A stretch of 37,208 bases of DNA, from contig NW_021835512.1 of the NCBI RefSeq assembly GCF_006345805.1, forward strand, positions 1-37,208, read 5' to 3'. Positions 33,257-37,208 of the stretch are shown one piece after another. The notes under the pieces are model-generated. The model was not told the origin of the DNA, searched no databases, and worked only from the letters and a program-made list of their open reading frames with translations. Numbering within the stretch: the stretch's first letter is position 1; every line of letters begins with the position of its first letter. The translations under genes were made by a program, and so were the position numbers. Origin of the DNA: Octopus sinensis (Eukaryota).

Positions 33257-33678
33257 GGGATCTTTTCGGTTTGAACGGCAGTTTTTAACATAATTTCTAG
33301 GTAACTAAAAAAGTTTAAACTTCGTATACTGGTAGAATGTGTTTATAAAACATCTTTTTCTCTTGGCTTTATTGAGAAAATTCTATAGTTTGTAAGATAT
33401 TTGTTGTTGTTTTCTTCAATTTCTGCAATTTCAATCAATCAATGACGTCCATTGAAGTAAAAAAAAAACATTCTGTGTCGTATGAATATGTCCCTCGTTT
33501 AAGAAGCAGATTGGGTTTATTTACATTTCTGAAGAAAAAAAGATACCCTTCCCCCCACCTCTAACCCTAACCCTAAAACAGATTGAAATGCAATAGATCG
33601 ATACTAGGGTCATAATTATGGGTAACAATTTCATATGACACCGCTCGTAAAAACTGCCGTTCAAACCGAAAAGATCCC
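33257..33678. mobile_element. Non-autonomous DNA transposon (MITE), superfamily unassigned
   Basis: Perfect 30-bp TIRs GGGATCTTTTCGGTTTGAACGGCAGTTTTT (33257-33286, 33649-33678). Internal CTAACCCTAACCCTAA at 33561-33576. TSD unclear (possibly TTTT). Confidence 0.85.
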
Positions 33679-34397
33679 TTTTATGTTTTTTCTTTTTGTT
33701 TTTTGGTAATTTTTTTCACGTTTCCCATCGTTGGCAGTATCGTAACAATTGATTCCATTCGCTTTACTCGACCAGTCTACAGTACGCAAAACACTGACAA
33801 AACGTTACAAAACGATACACAAAGTCTCTGTGACATATTCACCTCCTTTCTTTAACAACCTCTGCACTTATGTTACCGTTCCGTGTGATTTATTACATTT
33901 TAGTTTCCTAATTGCTTGTATAACTTCATCTGCAGTGATTCCTGGCTCATGTTATTATATATATTAGAGCAAAATTCCTGTCTTAATTGCTTTAGCACGT
34001 TACTATCTACATCTGTTCTGTGACTGTAAAGTTCTTCCATACAATATTCTCTCTCCATCAAACCGTTATTTCATTTGCATTGGTTACTAGGTTGTCATAT
34101 TTATGTTCAACAACGGCGTTTACGAAACCATTCTTGGCTTGGATTTTTTTTTCTTTAATGCACAGAATATTCTAGAGCTCTTTGCTCTGTGACAGTAATT
34201 CTTCAAATCTTTCTCTGTCTCTATGCGAAGGCGTATGTGTGTGTGGGTGTGCGTATGTGTGCTTTCAGTGTATAATGTGATTTATTATGTTGGCAACGAG
34301 CCACGCTTTTGTAGGAGATGCAATGCAAATGATTTTGTCTATTGTGGATAAACGTGTACGTAGCTGCCTCGTTCTCAATATCCTTATAGATATTTAC

Positions 34398-34760
<363 letters not shown>

Positions 34761-35110
34761 TATGTATTATCTGTATGTGTATGTATGTACGGATATATTA
34801 TGTGTGGGTATGTACGTATGTATGTATTATGTATGTATATGTACATACACACACATAAACACACATATATAATTATATTTATGTGTGTGTGTGTTCGTGT
34901 GTGTGTATGCGTATATGTGTATGTTCGATTTTGAAGTGGAATAAATCAGCTTTCACCGAAACTTAAAAGTTCCAGTCAAAATTAATTGTACCATACGTGT
35001 GTGTGTGTATAACTATATGTATATATATGCATATATATATAGAGAGAGAGAGGGGGGCGAGAGAAAGAGACAGATAGATAGATATAGATATTACCTATAT
35101 CTATCAACAG

Positions 35111-35150
<40 letters not shown>

Positions 35151-35154
<4 letters not shown>

Positions 35155-35286
35155 TATATTAAATTAGAGATAAAACCACTATTAGGCAATCAAGCAGTGA
35201 AAAACATAAGCCAATACATAAATGGCTTATGTTTTTCACTGTTTGATTTGCCTAATAGTGGTTTTATCTCTAATTTAATATAATAT
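35151..35286. other. Near-perfect inverted repeat (63/64-bp arms, 9-nt loop) embedded in (TA)n
   Basis: Arms 35151-35213 and 35223-35286 differ by one indel and one G:T-type mismatch. The loop is ATACATAAA. Confidence 0.9.
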
Positions 35287-35357
35287 TATATATATACTAT
35301 AAAATTGGATTTAATCCTAAATCTAATTTTTCCTGTAAGTTTGGATTTATTCCCTAA

Positions 35358-35440
<83 letters not shown>

Positions 35441-35443
<3 letters not shown>

Positions 35444-35720
35444 TGGGTCTTCTCATAAATAATGCGGTTTTTTCAATTGAATAAACAGGCCGTTGACTTT
35501 AAGACATATGGATGCTGTTGTTCAACAGAGATTTTTCCTGGCAACGACAACGAGACAGTATCTCTGATCTTCGGTTTAGTGATTCATGTCGTTTCCGGTT
35601 TTAATACCAGCAAACATGTGGTTTTGATTTCATCCCCCCACTTCGCGGAAATCGAAGCACAGCAACATGTAATCTCTATCAGAAAACGTGAATTACCAGA
35701 ATTGATATTATGAGAGGCTA
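35441..35720 (+). mobile_element. Possible mariner 5' end relic
   Basis: TA followed by TTGGGTCTTCTCATAAATAATGCGGTTTTT resembles mariner TIRs (from memory). No partner TIR or transposase motif was found; the right limit is arbitrary. Confidence 0.3.
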
Positions 35721-35929
35721 ATTTAATTTAATCTATTTAATTTTTTTCTGTTGCATTCCAGACGGAAGATATATTAAAACGACCGAAAACGATGGAGGCT
35801 TACTCTAAAATATATATATCTATCGTTTTTATTTTCCATCATAAAGTTCTCTACACATTTTCCTTTTTCTTATTTATTCAATACATATTTACTCATGTGA
35901 AACCTTTTAGGCTTTTAGATCTATGTACA

Positions 35930-36159
35930 TGTGTGTGTGTGTGTGAGAGTGTGTGTGGTGTATGTATATGTATGTATGAATATATACATATACATACATA
36001 TATATACGAATGTATGTGTGTTGTCTGTGTATATCTATATATCTATATATGTGTTGTGCGTGTATATATAGGTGCGTGTACACACATACACACACTCACA
36101 CATACATATATGTATTCTAACACGCTTGTTTATATATGCACAGAACGTGTAGTGTGTAA

Positions 36160-36196
<37 letters not shown>

Positions 36197-36270
36197 TGTG
36201 TGTGTATGTGTACGTGTGTGTGTGAGCGTGTGTGTGTGCGTGTAGTGTGTGTGTGTGTGTGTGTGTGAAC
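35930..36270. repeat. (TG)n/(TA)n/(GA)n microsatellite block
   Basis: Directly visible. Confidence 0.88.
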
Positions 36271-36449
36271 GTTTGTATGCATAATACTGAATTATGTGGA
36301 TGTATCTGCAGAGCCTAAAGAAAAGGTCGGAAACAGTTCTAAGAATTCGTGAAAATGAAACCAATTTCTTGAGAACAGATAAACAAATAAGCATTATTTG
36401 ATTACAGGACTTCTTATTTCATATCTTGAGAGGTTGGCATCTTTTCCTC

Positions 36450-36598
36450 TCCCTGTTTATTTCTGTTTTTCCTTTCTGTCGAAGAGCGTAGGCTCGAAAC
36501 GTAAAATACTTTCTCACTTTCCCCAACCTTAAACTAATACATCTGTTTGTTGTTTACACACCCGTCTTCGTCCTTTGTTTTTTGTTTTGTAAATTCTC
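36450..36598 (+). mobile_element. Penelope-like terminal-repeat fragment with minimal hammerhead-like motif
   Basis: TTT-CTGTCGA-A-GAGC-GTAG-GCTC-GAAAC-GTA-AAA at 36473-36506. The downstream sequence is homologous to 1897-2018 (minus strand). Confidence 0.55.
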
Positions 36599-36617
36599 AC
36601 TATGTGTGTGTGTTGTG

Positions 36618-36648
<31 letters not shown>

Positions 36649-36861
36649 TGTGTGTGTGTGTGTGTATTAGTCTTTCTTTTCATAGACTGACAAAATGTTG
36701 TAGTTTGACTGGGTTTACAATCCAACGAAATTATGACTTAAGAGAATGTTTGTTTGTTTTTTATTTAATTATCTATTTATTTATTGTTTGTTTCGGGGGC
36801 ACGGTCTTGCATTTTTAACCGTACAAATTGATCCCATATTTTGGGGGTTTTTTGTTGTTTT

Positions 36862-36976
36862 TTTTTAAAGCCTGGTACTTATTTCGTCGGTTACCTTTGT
36901 TGAACCGCTAGTTTACGAAGGCATAAACACACCGATACCAGTTGTCAAGCGATTGTAGGAGACAAACACAGACACA

Positions 36977-37008
<32 letters not shown>
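36862..37008 (-). mobile_element. CORE-SINE 3'-half fragment ending in its (CA)n tract
   Basis: AAGCCTGGTACTTATT..GAACCGCTAG..GTTGTCAAGCG..GACAAACACAGACAC matches 177-300. Confidence 0.75.
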
Positions 37009-37011
<3 letters not shown>

Positions 37012-37208
37012 GAATACTTGACCCGCCTGTTCAAGATGACTTTCGGGTCGAGACCTATGGACAACTTCCAGAGATCCCTGGCCTGGCAGTACTGTCGAGA
37101 AGCGCTACCCATTCGGGATAAGCTCTACAGACACGACTCGAGAAACACGGGTCCGACCTGCTCGAGATGCGGTCAGAGTGACGAAACCGTTCTGCATGCA
37201 CTCGTACA
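37009..37208 (+). pseudogene. L1/Tx1-type LINE ORF2 C-terminal zinc-binding (zf-RVT) fragment; runs off the window end
   Basis: Open frame EYLTRLFKMTFGSRPMDNFQRSLAWQYCREALPIRDKLYRHDSRNTGPTCSRCGQSDETVLHALV (CxxC..H). Homologous to 25538-25710. Confidence 0.85.

Noticed and set aside
33561-33576. Interstitial telomere or fusion site
   Set aside because: Under three hexamers and located inside a TIR-bounded MITE.
35740-35830. Strong-looking splice acceptor (TTTTTTTCTGTTGCATTCCAG) followed by ORF 35792-36268
   Set aside because: No donor, no recognisable product, and the ORF runs into microsatellite.

Overview
Eukaryotic, repeat-saturated genomic DNA. It is most likely Octopus (cephalopod); this is inferred from the SINE families and microsatellite load, recalled from memory rather than checked against a database. 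No intact host protein-coding gene can be supported. The window is dominated by a ~16.2-kb pyrimidine-rich minisatellite (5161-21398, plus an inverted block at 4955-5160). It is built from 49-67-bp monomers that carry a GGAATGTTnAACATTCC dyad and show layered domains and higher-order repeats; all the long Pro/Ser-rich ORFs come from this array. The rest is a broken CR1-group LINE (APE endonuclease + RT, minus strand), two L1/Tx1-type LINE 3' fragments, two RTE-type LINE relics, CORE-SINE copies, three TIR elements, two Penelope-like fragments and many microsatellites. A tRNA-derived SINE occurs as a monomer and as head-to-tail 4-mer and 3-mer insertions, each bounded by a single TSD. The TIR elements are a hAT MITE with an 8-bp TSD, a fold-back Tc1/mariner MITE and an unclassified MITE. 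The Penelope-like fragments carry a hammerhead-like motif. Best leads: (1) the multimeric, subfamily-chimeric SINE insertions, whose tail matches the 3' end of the Tx1/L1-type LINE in the same window; (2) the minisatellite as a dense array of TEAD/HSE-like dyads; (3) a variant-core minimal hammerhead. Coordinates were counted by hand; ends of degenerate elements are approximate.
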